From NCBI GenBank assembly GCA_963692865.2, contig OY843592.1, positions 256,001 through 320,000 of the forward strand: a stretch of DNA of 64,000 nt, written 5' to 3'. Below are positions 1 through 9,614 of this stretch, one piece after another. The notes beneath the pieces were generated by a model, which did no database searches, was not told the DNA's origin, and saw only the letters and a program-made list of their open reading frames with translations. Position 1 is the stretch's first letter. Each line of letters begins with the position of its first letter. A program made the translations under genes and the position numbers. The DNA is from a bacterium. GTDB lineage: Bacteria; UBA8248.

Positions 1-2
1 AA

Positions 3-923
<921 letters not shown>

Positions 924-965
924 AACATCGCAACCTCAATAAAATCAAAGGTATAAATTTCCAGG

Positions 966-1021
966 AATTTATCGAAAAACATCGTGAATTTATCCGAATT
1001 TATACAATTTTTCAGGAATTC
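966..1021. repeat. 56-bp AT-rich dispersed element, copy 1
   Basis: AATTTATCGAAAAAC..CGTGAATTTATCCGAATTTATACAATTTTTCAGGAATTC; near-identical copies at 13214 and 54607. Confidence 0.85.
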
Positions 1022-1210
1022 AGGGCGGGGGGGGCTTCGTTCCGCATTCAGGGCGCTCCGCCGTTTCGCCGTCCCTGTGGGCGTCGCGTTTTCCCGCCTT
1101 GCCCGAGCGCATGAGAACCTCCTCCTCGCGTCGGATTCTGCCGCATCCGGGCGAGAGCGCGATGACGGCAAATGCGGGGAGATGCGCGCCGCCGGACCGG
1201 CTCGGGACGA

Positions 1211-1618
1211 GGGGGCGTTGAAAAAATCCGTCTATCCCCGGTCGGCGGCGTGATGATCCCGTAGCCGTCGCAGAGGCCTCCGCGCCCGTCCTGATTCCGG
1301 CCGTCCCGCAAAAGGACAACCCCGGGGGGTTGTCCTGCCACTGCTGCGCCGCCATTCCTCCTTTATCGGACTTTTTCGGCAACTCCGGCAGAAATTGCCG
1401 CTTCGATCACCGCCACGAGCCGGGTGTTTTCACCGCCCCGAGCGGCCGCCGCATCGGCCTCGTCCCGGGTAGCGGCGCCGCCGCGTATCGAAGGGCGAAA
1501 TGCGCTCCCCATCCTTCGATACGGCGCTTACGCGCCTACTCAGGATGAGGATTTGGGGACGCCGGGATGAGGGTGTCAAAGGCGCCCGCTCCCAGTACCG
1601 GGTTTTTCAACAGCCCCC
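1211..1618. mobile_element. MITE-like element with GTTGAAAAA...TTTTTCAAC ends, containing a CTTCGATACG...TACTCAGGATGAGG hairpin repeat
   Basis: GGGGGCGTTGAAAAAA at 1211 and TTTTTTCAACAGCCCCC at ~1603-1618; same end motif recurs many times in window. Confidence 0.55.
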
Positions 1619-1709
1619 TTCGGGACGGATTTGACGAAGCGCCCGTTCTCTTTCTATATTCATGGTTGTCCAATGCGAGGAGAGGACCCTTATCCAAGGG
1701 AGAGAACGC

Positions 1710-2147
1710 ATGACGACGTATGAACGCCTGAACCTCGCCATTGGTTTCCTCAACCTCCTCGCCTCCTACGGCGGTCTGGCCCTCATCTACTACGGCATCC
1801 GCGTCATGGACCGCAATGCGGGGCAGCGCGCGGCGGATTCGGAGCGCAAGCACGCGCAGACGATGACGGAATCCGAGCGCAGACACAACGAAGCCATGGC
1901 GGAATCCGAGCGCAAACACGAAGAGTCGATGCGCAGGCACGACGAAGCCATGGCGGAATCCCGGCGCAGGGAGGAAGAGTCCAAACGCAGGCACGAAGAG
2001 AGGATGGCGGACCTCGCCGAAAGCCGCGCCTCCCTGCGCGAACTCATCGACGGGCAGGCGGAAAGCCGGGCCTCGCTGCGCGAGTTGATCGCCGGGCAGG
2101 AGGAGAGCCGGGCTTCGTTTCGCGAATTCATCGAACGAACCAGATAA
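1710..2147 (+). CDS. Single-TM coiled-coil repeat protein, copy 1
   Basis: N-terminal hydrophobic helix LLASYGGLALIYYGI followed by ESERxHxExMx repeats; GGAG upstream; paralog directly downstream. Confidence 0.8.
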   Translation: MTTYERLNLAIGFLNLLASYGGLALIYYGIRVMDRNAGQRAADSERKHAQTMTESERRHNEAMAESERKHEESMRRHDEAMAESRRREEESKRRHEERMADLAESRASLRELIDGQAESRASLRELIAGQEESRASFREFIERTR

Positions 2148-2258
2148 TCGAAACCTCCCTCTCCCCCCTTCGGGACGGATTTGACGAAATAGCCGTTCTC
2201 TTTTTATATTCATGGTTGTTCAATGCGAGGGAGGACCCTTTCCCAAGGGAGAGGACGA

Positions 2259-2549
2259 ATGACGACGTATGAATACCTGAACCTCATCGCTTCCTACGGC
2301 GGTCTGGCCCTCATCTACTACGGCATCCGCGTCATGGACCGCAATGCTGGCCAGCGCGCGGCGGATTCGGAGCGCAAGCACGCGCAGACGATGACGGAAT
2401 CCGAGCGCAGGCACAACGAAGCCATGACCGAATCCGAGCGCAAACACGATGAAGCCATGGCGGAATCCCGGCGCAGGGAGGAAGAGTCCAAACGCAGGCA
2501 TGACGAGTCGATGACCGCCCTGCGCGAACTCATCGAGCGAACCAGGTAA
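2259..2549 (+). CDS. Single-TM coiled-coil repeat protein, copy 2 (fewer repeats)
   Basis: Nearly identical to 1710-2147 including ~95 bp upstream; GAGGA RBS; ends ALRELIERTR. Confidence 0.8.
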   Translation: MTTYEYLNLIASYGGLALIYYGIRVMDRNAGQRAADSERKHAQTMTESERRHNEAMTESERKHDEAMAESRRREEESKRRHDESMTALRELIERTR

Positions 2550-2751
2550 TCCATTCCGGCCGGCCAAGACCCCATACGCCCCGGCCCGCAGCGGCAGCCC
2601 CTCATCGGGGCCGCCCCGCGCTGTCCCTGCCGTCGTGCGCGGAACCCTCTCCCGCATCAATCCGCATCACCAATCGGGATTGACCTCCCCGCTCGGGATT
2701 GATTAAAAACCCCTCCGGGCCGTGCTAGAATGGCGGAAGCGGCCCTTTCGC

Positions 2752-2837
2752 GGAGGGATGGCCGAGCGGCCGAAGGCGGTGGTCTTGAAAACCACTGAGC
2801 GAAAGCTCCGGGGGTTCGAATCCCTCTCCCTCCGCCA
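2752..2837 (+). tRNA. tRNA-Ser (anticodon TGA)
   Basis: GGAGGGA acceptor stem, anticodon arm GTGGT-CTTGAAA-ACCAC, long variable arm GAGC-GAAA-GCTC, GGTTCGAATCC, G discriminator + CCA. Confidence 0.96.
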
Positions 2838-3262
2838 TTTCATCCGGGCGGGCCTGGTGGACGCCCGGCTTCGCCGTCGCCTTACATGCCGCACTCCCGT
2901 CTTCGCCCGTTGCGTCCCCCCCTCCACAGGGGCCTTCATACGGGCGCCAGGGAACGTCCGGTTCCTCCCATACGTTTTAACGGTGGCGGAGCCGACTGTA
3001 CGCGCATCCCTCGATACGGCGCGCAAGCGCGCCTACTCGGGATGAGGAGAATTTTTCGTATCCCTCACTCCGAGCAACCGCTTCACTCCCCTCACCCCGA
3101 GTAGCGGCGAAGCCGCGTATCGAAGGGCAGTTCCGACTGAAAAAGGACGAACCGCAGCATTCCCGAGCCCGTCGAAGGGCGCCCGCGCGCCGCGAGGGGC
3201 CGGTTTCCCGAAGGGCGTATGGCCCCCGCGCCGGGTTGTGGTATACAATGGCGGCCCCTCGC

Positions 3263-3354
3263 GGAGAGATGGCCGAGTGGCTGAAGGCGCTCGCCTGCTA
3301 AGCGAGTAGGCTGGGAAACCGGCCTCGAGGGTTCGAATCCCTCTCTCTCCGCCA
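3263..3354 (+). tRNA. tRNA-Ser (anticodon GCT)
   Basis: GGAGAGA acceptor stem, anticodon arm CTCGC-CTGCTAA-GCGAG, long variable arm, GGTTCGAATCC, GCCA end. Confidence 0.96.
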
Positions 3355-3439
3355 TTTTCATGCGGGCGGGCCGGTGAGACGCCCGAGTTTCTCCGCAGCC
3401 GCGACGAGAATTCCCTTCGTCGTTCTTTGCGAAACCCGA

Positions 3440-3703
3440 TTACGCCGCCGACTCCCGAGCGAGGCGCGCCCGCGCCAGATCGTATGCGGCCTGCCTTCTC
3501 ATCCAGAACTCGGCGTTGCTCCAGCCGACCCGCTCCAGGGCCAGAGCCATCTCCGGCGAAACGCCGATGCGGCCGTTCACGAGGCGCGAGAGCGTGTTTC
3601 GCGTCACGCCGATCCGCTTGGCGGCGTCCGTCACCGTCCATCCGGCGGCCTCCAAGGCCTCACGGATGCTCTCGCCGGGATGCGTCGGGTTGAGCATGGA
3701 CAT
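3440..3703 (-). CDS. higA: HigA-family XRE HTH antitoxin
   Basis: PTHPGE start, HTH (AAKRIGVTRNTLSRLVNG), SPEMALAL...AEFWMRRQAAYDL. Confidence 0.92.
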   Translation of the reverse strand: MSMLNPTHPGESIREALEAAGWTVTDAAKRIGVTRNTLSRLVNGRIGVSPEMALALERVGWSNAEFWMRRQAAYDLARARLARESAA

Positions 3704-3715
3704 CGGGGAGCCCTC

Positions 3716-4012
3716 CTAATGGTAGTCGATCAAGTCCACATCGACGGCTTCGCCGTCGACGAAGCGAAAGATGATCCGCCAATTGGCGGAAACGCGCATA
3801 CTCCAATAACCACGCATGTCGCCGGTCATTGGATGCAGGCGATAACCGGGCCAGTCCAGGTCGCGGGGTTGCCTCGCCGAATCCAAGTCGGACAACATGC
3901 GGCGGATGCGCCCGAGATGCTCGGGATTCAACAAACGAGCGTCGTCGCGCTCGTACAACCGCCGCAGTCCCTTGTGCCCTTGTGCGCAAGCCTCATGTCT
4001 GAATTTTCGCAT
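3716..4012 (-). CDS. higB: HigB/RelE-family toxin
   Basis: HKGLRRLYE...YRLHPMTGD..GYWSMRVSANWRIIFRF..DLIDYH; toxin-first order upstream of higA. Confidence 0.9.
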   Translation of the reverse strand: MRKFRHEACAQGHKGLRRLYERDDARLLNPEHLGRIRRMLSDLDSARQPRDLDWPGYRLHPMTGDMRGYWSMRVSANWRIIFRFVDGEAVDVDLIDYH

Positions 4013-4204
4013 GATACACGATATGTTGCAATCGAGATTTGCGCTGGCCCGCCTGGAGACCATGCGCAGCCGGGCCGGGGACGCGGCGCGAACCGTCCAC
4101 GTTCGAGAGCGACAGGACGAAAAGCTGAAATACTCCCACATAAGTGGTAGAGTAGTTCTCACCCGCGCCGCCTCGTTTCCCCGGCCGCCCATAGAGAGAA
4201 CGCG

Positions 4205-4675
4205 ATGCGCCCCAACTTCTTTCGCCTGGAAGCGACCCAGCGGCTCCCCATCGGGCCGGACGACGCCTGGGCGTTCTTCTCGAACCCGCGCAACCTCGCG
4301 GAGATCACCCCGTCCGAGCTCCGCCTCGTCGTGGAGAACGAGCTCCCCGAGAAGATGCACCCCGGAACCCTCATCTGCTACCGGGTGAAGCCCCTGCTGG
4401 GGATTCCGGTGCACTGGGTAACGGAGATCACGCACGTGGAGGAGGGCCGCCTCTTCGTGGACGAGCAGCGCTTCGGCCCCTACCGCTTCTGGCACCACCA
4501 GCACCACTTCCAGGAGATAGAAGGAGGCGTCGAGATGCGCGACGTTATCCACTACAAGCTGCCGCTGGGGCCGTTGTCGTTCCTGCTCGACAGCTTCGTG
4601 GTGAGCCGCCAACTGGACCGCATCTTCTCCTACCGCGAAGAGGCGCTCTCGCGGCGCTTCGGGCGGATGGATTGA
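4205..4675 (+). CDS. SRPBCC-family protein
   Basis: AWAFFSNPRNLAEITP, FVDEQRFGPYRFWHHQHHF, MRDVIHYKLPLG. Confidence 0.88.
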   Translation: MRPNFFRLEATQRLPIGPDDAWAFFSNPRNLAEITPSELRLVVENELPEKMHPGTLICYRVKPLLGIPVHWVTEITHVEEGRLFVDEQRFGPYRFWHHQHHFQEIEGGVEMRDVIHYKLPLGPLSFLLDSFVVSRQLDRIFSYREEALSRRFGRMD

Positions 4676-4797
4676 AATCGCCTCGTTTTCAGGATAAGAA
4701 TGCGGCGCGCCGCCGGACATCAGACGCCCGCGCGGGTTCGCCTCGCGCGCGCCGTCCGGGAGCCCGCTCTTCTTCATACGCCGTACGGAGACACGCA

Positions 4798-5628
4798 ATG
4801 AAAATCATCCTCGCAGTCGCTTTCTCGATCCTCACGGCTTCCGCCTCCTTCGCGCAGGAGATCGTCAAGGAGAAACCCGCCAACCCGGTACTCCTGATGA
4901 AGACGAACTTCGGCGACGTATACGTCGAGATGTTCCCCGAGGAGGCGCCCCGGACGGTGGCGAACTTCATGGGCCTCGCCATGGGGGAGCGCGTCTTCGT
5001 CGACCCTAAGACGAAGAAGAAGGTGAAGCGCCCCTTCTACGACGGGCTGACGTTTCACCGCGTCATCAAGAAGTTCATGATCCAGGGGGGCGACCCCAGG
5101 GGAAACGGAACCGGCGGGCCCGGCTACAGCTTCGAGGACGAGATCAACGCCGACGCCCTCGGCCTGCACGAGATGAAGGCCGTCAAGGACGGCCGCCCCC
5201 ACGCCTTCCTGCCCATCAGGAGCCAGAGCGATTTCCAGCGCACCCTGGTGCGCCCCCTGTTCGAGAAGATGGGCATCCGCTCCCAGGCCGACCTCGACAA
5301 GCGCATGGCGGAAGTCCGAAAGCGCCTCGCCGCCCTCACCTTGAAGGACGCCTACGAGAACATGGGCTACCGCTTCAACGCGAAGCTCAAGTCGCGCCCG
5401 CCCGTGAAGGGCGCGCTCGCGATGGCGAACTCGGGCCCCGGCACGAACGGCTCGCAGTTCTTCATCAACCTCGTCGACACCCCCTGGCTCACCGGCAAGC
5501 ACACGGTCTTCGGCAAGGTGGTCAAGGGCATGGACGTGGTGGAGAAAATCGGAGAGACGCCCGTGGGGGCGGGAAGCATGCCCAAGGAAGCGGTGCGCAT
5601 CATCTCGATACGGCTTCACGCTCCCTGA
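4798..5628 (+). CDS. Exported cyclophilin-type peptidylprolyl isomerase
   Basis: Signal peptide; FYDGLTFHRVIKKFMIQGGDP, GALAMANSGPGTNGSQFFI, LTGKHTVFGKV; ~70-aa insertion after FEDE. Confidence 0.93.
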   Translation: MKIILAVAFSILTASASFAQEIVKEKPANPVLLMKTNFGDVYVEMFPEEAPRTVANFMGLAMGERVFVDPKTKKKVKRPFYDGLTFHRVIKKFMIQGGDPRGNGTGGPGYSFEDEINADALGLHEMKAVKDGRPHAFLPIRSQSDFQRTLVRPLFEKMGIRSQADLDKRMAEVRKRLAALTLKDAYENMGYRFNAKLKSRPPVKGALAMANSGPGTNGSQFFINLVDTPWLTGKHTVFGKVVKGMDVVEKIGETPVGAGSMPKEAVRIISIRLHAP

Positions 5629-5883
5629 TTTTCTTGGGAAAGCAACAGGGCGGCGCGCTCACCAGACAACGCTCTCGGGGCTGTTGAAAAAGTCCCCCTG
5701 AGGCGGTGGGGGTACGATGGTTTTGTAGGGGCGGACACGCAGGTCCTACCCTACGGAACCCCTGAGAATCGAAACGAGGCGTAGTGACAGCCCCTCCTCG
5801 GGGCTGTCCCACAAGTCGCGACTTGTCCCTACCAAAACACAATCGCTCCTTCATCAGTCGCGATTGACCCGTCACACGTAAGG

Positions 5884-6492
5884 CTACATCTCCCGGCGGC
5901 CTTCGAGAGAGCGGGTGAGCGTCATCTCGTCCGCGTATTCGAGATGGCTGCCCATGGGGAGGCCGTGGGCCAGTTGGGTGACGCGCACGCCGAGGGGCTT
6001 GAGCGCGTGGGCGAGATAGAGCGAGGTTCCCTCCCCCGCCATGTTGGGGTTCAGGGCCAGGATCACCTCGCGCACCCCGCCGCCCTTCACGCGCTCGATG
6101 AGCCCTGCGATGGTGAGGTCCTCGGGCTCCACGCCGTCCAGGGGGGATATGACGCCCATCAGCACGTGGTAGCGGCCCTTCACGCCGCCCGCGCGCTCGA
6201 CGGCGAACACGTCGGCGGGCTCCTCCACCACGCAGATGACGCTCGGGTCGCGCGCGCCGCAGACGGCGCAGTCCGCCCCGCCCGCCTCGCCCTCCACGAG
6301 CATCGAACACGTGCCGCACAGGCCCACCTTCTCGTGAAGCGCCCCGCACGAGGCGGCGATTGCGCCCGCGGCCTCGGGGTCCTTGCCGAGCAGATGGAAG
6401 ACGATTCGCTGCGCGCTCTTGGGGCCCACCCCCGGCAGGCGGCGGAACGCCTCGATGCACTCCTCGATGGCGGGAAACCGGTCAGGCTGCAT
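5884..6492 (-). CDS. recR: Recombination mediator RecR
   Basis: LPGVGPKSAQR HhH, C4 zinc finger, ICVVE Toprim, LEYADEMTL. Confidence 0.97.
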   Translation of the reverse strand: MQPDRFPAIEECIEAFRRLPGVGPKSAQRIVFHLLGKDPEAAGAIAASCGALHEKVGLCGTCSMLVEGEAGGADCAVCGARDPSVICVVEEPADVFAVERAGGVKGRYHVLMGVISPLDGVEPEDLTIAGLIERVKGGGVREVILALNPNMAGEGTSLYLAHALKPLGVRVTQLAHGLPMGSHLEYADEMTLTRSLEGRREM

Positions 6493-6595
6493 GGCGTTCT
6501 CTCACTCGCGTCTCAGGCGGCGGCCCGGAACGGCGATGAAGGCGATACGGTTCCAGACGCGAAAACGACGGGCGGCGCGGAGGCCGCGCGCCGGT

Positions 6596-6913
6596 TCAGA
6601 ACAGGCCGGGGACCGGCAGGCCCCCGGTGAGCTTCTTCATCTCCTCGGACATCATGTCCTTCCCTTTCCGGGACGCCTCGTTGCACGCGGCGCGCACCAG
6701 GTCCTCCAGCATCTCCACGTCGTCGGGGTCGACCACCTGCGGGTCTATCTTCACCGACACCACGTCGCCCGCTCCGTTGGCGGTCACGCTCACCATGCCG
6801 CCGCCCGAAGAAGCCTCCACCGTCTTCGCCGCCATCTCCTCCTGGAGCTTGGCCATCTTGTCCTGAAGCTGGCGCGCCTGTTTCATCAAACCGCCGATGC
6901 CGCCTTTCAACAT
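6596..6913 (-). CDS. ybaB: YbaB/EbfC nucleoid-associated protein
   Basis: LMKQARQLQ..SGGGMVSV..DDVEMLEDLV; conserved dnaX-ybaB-recR synteny. Confidence 0.96.
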   Translation of the reverse strand: MLKGGIGGLMKQARQLQDKMAKLQEEMAAKTVEASSGGGMVSVTANGAGDVVSVKIDPQVVDPDDVEMLEDLVRAACNEASRKGKDMMSEEMKKLTGGLPVPGLF

Positions 6914-6943
6914 GAGAATCTCCCCGTGTATGCCTCTCGCCGC

Positions 6944-8674
6944 TCAAGCGAATGAATCGCCACCCGATTTTCCCATCCGCCCGCGGCGAATGTCGACTAT
7001 CTTTCCGTTGAACAGGTCCACGATCTCCTGAATCACCGCCTCTTCATTCTCATCCAGTTTCCGGCCGCGCGCGCGGCTCGTCTCCCCGGCCCCTCGCCCG
7101 GTTTGCGGGTGCGCGCCGTTCTCCGCGCCCGCTATCTCGACCCTGGCGCTCCAGGGGGAATTTTCCCTGAAAAACGCCTCGATTTCGGGCAGCACCTCCC
7201 GCGCCATGTGCAGGTTCTGCGCGTTCGTGTTGTCCGGGGCGAGAACCACGCGGATGCGCCCCTCCGTTTCGAGGTCGATCTCGACGCCCTGAAAAAGCGG
7301 CCGCCGCATCGGGCGCAAGGCCGCCACCGCTCCCGTCCAAACGCGGCGCGCCTCAACGGAATCCCACGCCCGCGCCTCGGCCTGCGCGGCGGAAGAGCTT
7401 CCCGAGGCGGGTTCGGCCGCGGGCGGCGCCGGAGCGGGCGCGGCGGTTTCCGGGGGAGGCTGCGGCGGCGCGGCGCCCGGAGTTTCCGCCCTCGCTGAGG
7501 GGGCGCGAGGCGGATTCGGCGCCGCGCCCGCGCTCATGGACTCGAGCCTCTCCATCAAGGCGCTCAGATCCGCTATCGGCTCGATCTGGCACATGCGCAG
7601 AACCGCGACCTCGAGCGTCATGCGGGGATGATCCGACGCCCTGAGTTCGAACTCCGCCCCCTGCAGAATGGAATAGGCCTGGTGCGCCTCGGCGAAACTC
7701 ATCTTCGCGGCCACCTGCCTGCGCTCTTCGACCTCCGAAGCCGCCACGTCGAAGAGCGCCTCGTCGTCGCCGGCGGACAGGAGCACCATGCAGTCGCGCA
7801 GGTATTCAAGCAGGTTCGCGGAGAAGAGCTTGAGGTCGTGGCCCGCGTCGAAGAGGCGCTTGAGCTCGGTGAGCGCCCCTTTCCCGTCGCGCGCAACCAC
7901 CGCCTCGACCAGGGCCTTGTGGATGCCGCCCGAGGGCACCCCGAGCACCTTTTCCACCTCTTCGCTCGACACCGGATCATCGGCGGCGAAGGCCAGCACC
8001 TGATCGAGCAGGGACTGCGCGTCGCGGATGCTGCCCTCCCCCATCCGCGCCAGCAGCTTGACGGCCGCCTCGTCCATCCGCCTCTCCTGCGCCTCGACGA
8101 TGTGGGCCAGATGCGCCGCGATGACCGAGGTCGCGACCCTCCTGAACTCGAACACCTGGCAGCGGCTCAAGATGGTGTCGGGGACGTTCTTGACCTCCGT
8201 GGTGGCCAGAATGAAGACGACGTGGGGCGGCGGCTCCTCGAGCGTCTTGAGCAGCGCGTTGAAGGAGCTTTTGGAGAGCATGTGCACTTCGTCGAAAATC
8301 ACCGTCTTGTAGCGCCCGCGCGCGGGCTGGTAGCGCAGCCCCTCGCGCAACTCGCGCACGTTGTCCACCCCGGTATAGGTGGCGGCGTCGATTTCGAGGA
8401 TGTCGGGATGACTCCCTCTGGTGATCTCTTCGCACGATGCGCACTCGTTGCACGGCTCGGGCAGCGGCCCCTCACCCGATTCGCAGTTGAGCGCCTTGGC
8501 GAGAATGCGCGCGGTGGTCGTCTTGCCGACCCCGCGCGTTCCGCTGAACAGATAGGCGGACGCGACGCGCCCGGATGCCAGAGCGTTCGAGAGCGTTCGC
8601 CGGACATGCTCCTGGCCGATGAGTTCATCGAAACGCTGCGGACGCCATTTCCTGGCGCTGCCGATGAAGGCCAT
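6944..8674 (-). CDS. dnaX: DNA polymerase III subunit gamma/tau
   Basis: ARKWRPQRF, GTRGVGKTT, Cys cluster, DEVHMLS, NALLKTLEEPP, TILSRCQ; Pro/Ala-rich linker. Confidence 0.97.
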   Translation of the reverse strand: MAFIGSARKWRPQRFDELIGQEHVRRTLSNALASGRVASAYLFSGTRGVGKTTTARILAKALNCESGEGPLPEPCNECASCEEITRGSHPDILEIDAATYTGVDNVRELREGLRYQPARGRYKTVIFDEVHMLSKSSFNALLKTLEEPPPHVVFILATTEVKNVPDTILSRCQVFEFRRVATSVIAAHLAHIVEAQERRMDEAAVKLLARMGEGSIRDAQSLLDQVLAFAADDPVSSEEVEKVLGVPSGGIHKALVEAVVARDGKGALTELKRLFDAGHDLKLFSANLLEYLRDCMVLLSAGDDEALFDVAASEVEERRQVAAKMSFAEAHQAYSILQGAEFELRASDHPRMTLEVAVLRMCQIEPIADLSALMERLESMSAGAAPNPPRAPSARAETPGAAPPQPPPETAAPAPAPPAAEPASGSSSAAQAEARAWDSVEARRVWTGAVAALRPMRRPLFQGVEIDLETEGRIRVVLAPDNTNAQNLHMAREVLPEIEAFFRENSPWSARVEIAGAENGAHPQTGRGAGETSRARGRKLDENEEAVIQEIVDLFNGKIVDIRRGRMGKSGGDSFA

Positions 8675-8720
8675 CAAGAATCCACCCCAAGAATTTTCGC
8701 CATTAAAGGAGCCCCATACC

Positions 8721-8877
8721 CCATGAGCGGCGCAGATCCTGCGACGGAGCCGGCCGGCCAGGCGCCCTCGTGGCGCCCGGGAGTGTCCGCTTACCGCTGC
8801 TTCCTTCCGGACCTGACGGGGTTCGCGGGCTCCCGCCGCACGAGACCCGACCGGCCGAATCCATCACAGGCTCATGG
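8721..8877 (-). ncRNA. ffs: Signal recognition particle RNA (4.5S-type)
   Basis: Minus strand has domain IV CCGTCAGGTCCGGAAGGAAGCAGCGG inside a long hairpin closed by CCATGAGC/GCTCATGG; upstream of dnaX. Confidence 0.92.
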
Positions 8878-9011
8878 AGAAATCCTACCCCGTCCCCCGG
8901 CCTTTGGGAAGCGCGGGCGCCGGCATTTTCGAAGCGGCGAACCGCATGGCGGATAACCATCCATATAACATGGCGTTAGGGGGGAATCTCTTTCGGGAAG
9001 GCGCCGTCGAC

Positions 9012-9462
9012 GGGGCTGTTGAAAAAGCCCCTCCTGACAAGGGCGGTTCGGGGGTTGGTTTCAAGCCGAGGGAGGGCGAGCGCAGCGGGTGAAGGGCGAT
9101 TCCCTCCGCCCCCCTTGTCGGGGGTGTTGAAAAAGTCCCCCAAAGGGGTTGTTACCCCCAATCGAGAGTGTTCACCGTCATTCCGGCGAAAGCCGGAATC
9201 CACTTTTACGCCTTTTGCCTTTCGTCCGGATACCCGCGCATCGGCGGGAAATGAAACGCCGCCGTATGTTCACCCGCACCCGCAAATGGATTCCGGCTTT
9301 CGCCGGAATGACGAACAAAACCACACCGCCTCTTGCAGGGGGACAGGTCGCGACCTGTCCCTACGGCGAACGATCTCGAAAGTCGGGCAAGGGCTTTTTC
9401 AATAACCCCTTGTCAGGGGGGTAAAAACGATGCCCCTCGACAAGGGGCCTTTTCAACGATCC
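9012..9462. mobile_element. Nested MITE/REP mosaic (GTTGAAAAA ends; CGTC-type double palindrome 9177-9312; GTAG-type hairpin)
   Basis: GGGGCTGTTGAAAAA 9012, GGGGTGTTGAAAAA 9121, TTTTTCAATAACCCC ~9395; GTCATTCCGGCGAAAGCCGGAATCCA...TGGATTCCGGCTTTCGCCGGAATGAC. Confidence 0.7.
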
Positions 9463-9614
9463 CCTGCGCCGGAATGGCGGACGACGGGGGAATGGCATGA
9501 GCATCGCCATTTCGCGCGCAATGGGGTTACAATGAGCCTTTCGAACACGCACTCGCGTGAATCCCCCGGCGCGCGGTTCGACTTCGCGCCGAACGAGGAA
9601 GGGCCGTCGGACGC

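Noticed and set aside
2752-2837. Possible tRNA-Sec or TGA suppressor explaining the in-frame TGA codons
   Set aside because: The anticodon is 5'-TGA-3' (reads TCA, Ser), not TCA, and the 7-bp acceptor stem is canonical; no selC was seen in the window
2729-3356. AATGGCGG upstream of both tRNAs is complementary to their 3' ends (CCGCCATT)
   Set aside because: More simply explained as a -10 box ending in AAT plus a GC-rich discriminator, probably not transcribed
3263-4100. Integrative element at tRNA-Ser carrying higBA
   Set aside because: No integrase and no duplicated tRNA 3' end were found in the window
6944-8674. Programmed -1 frameshift in dnaX
   Set aside because: No AAAAAAG slippery site or long A-run was seen at the expected position
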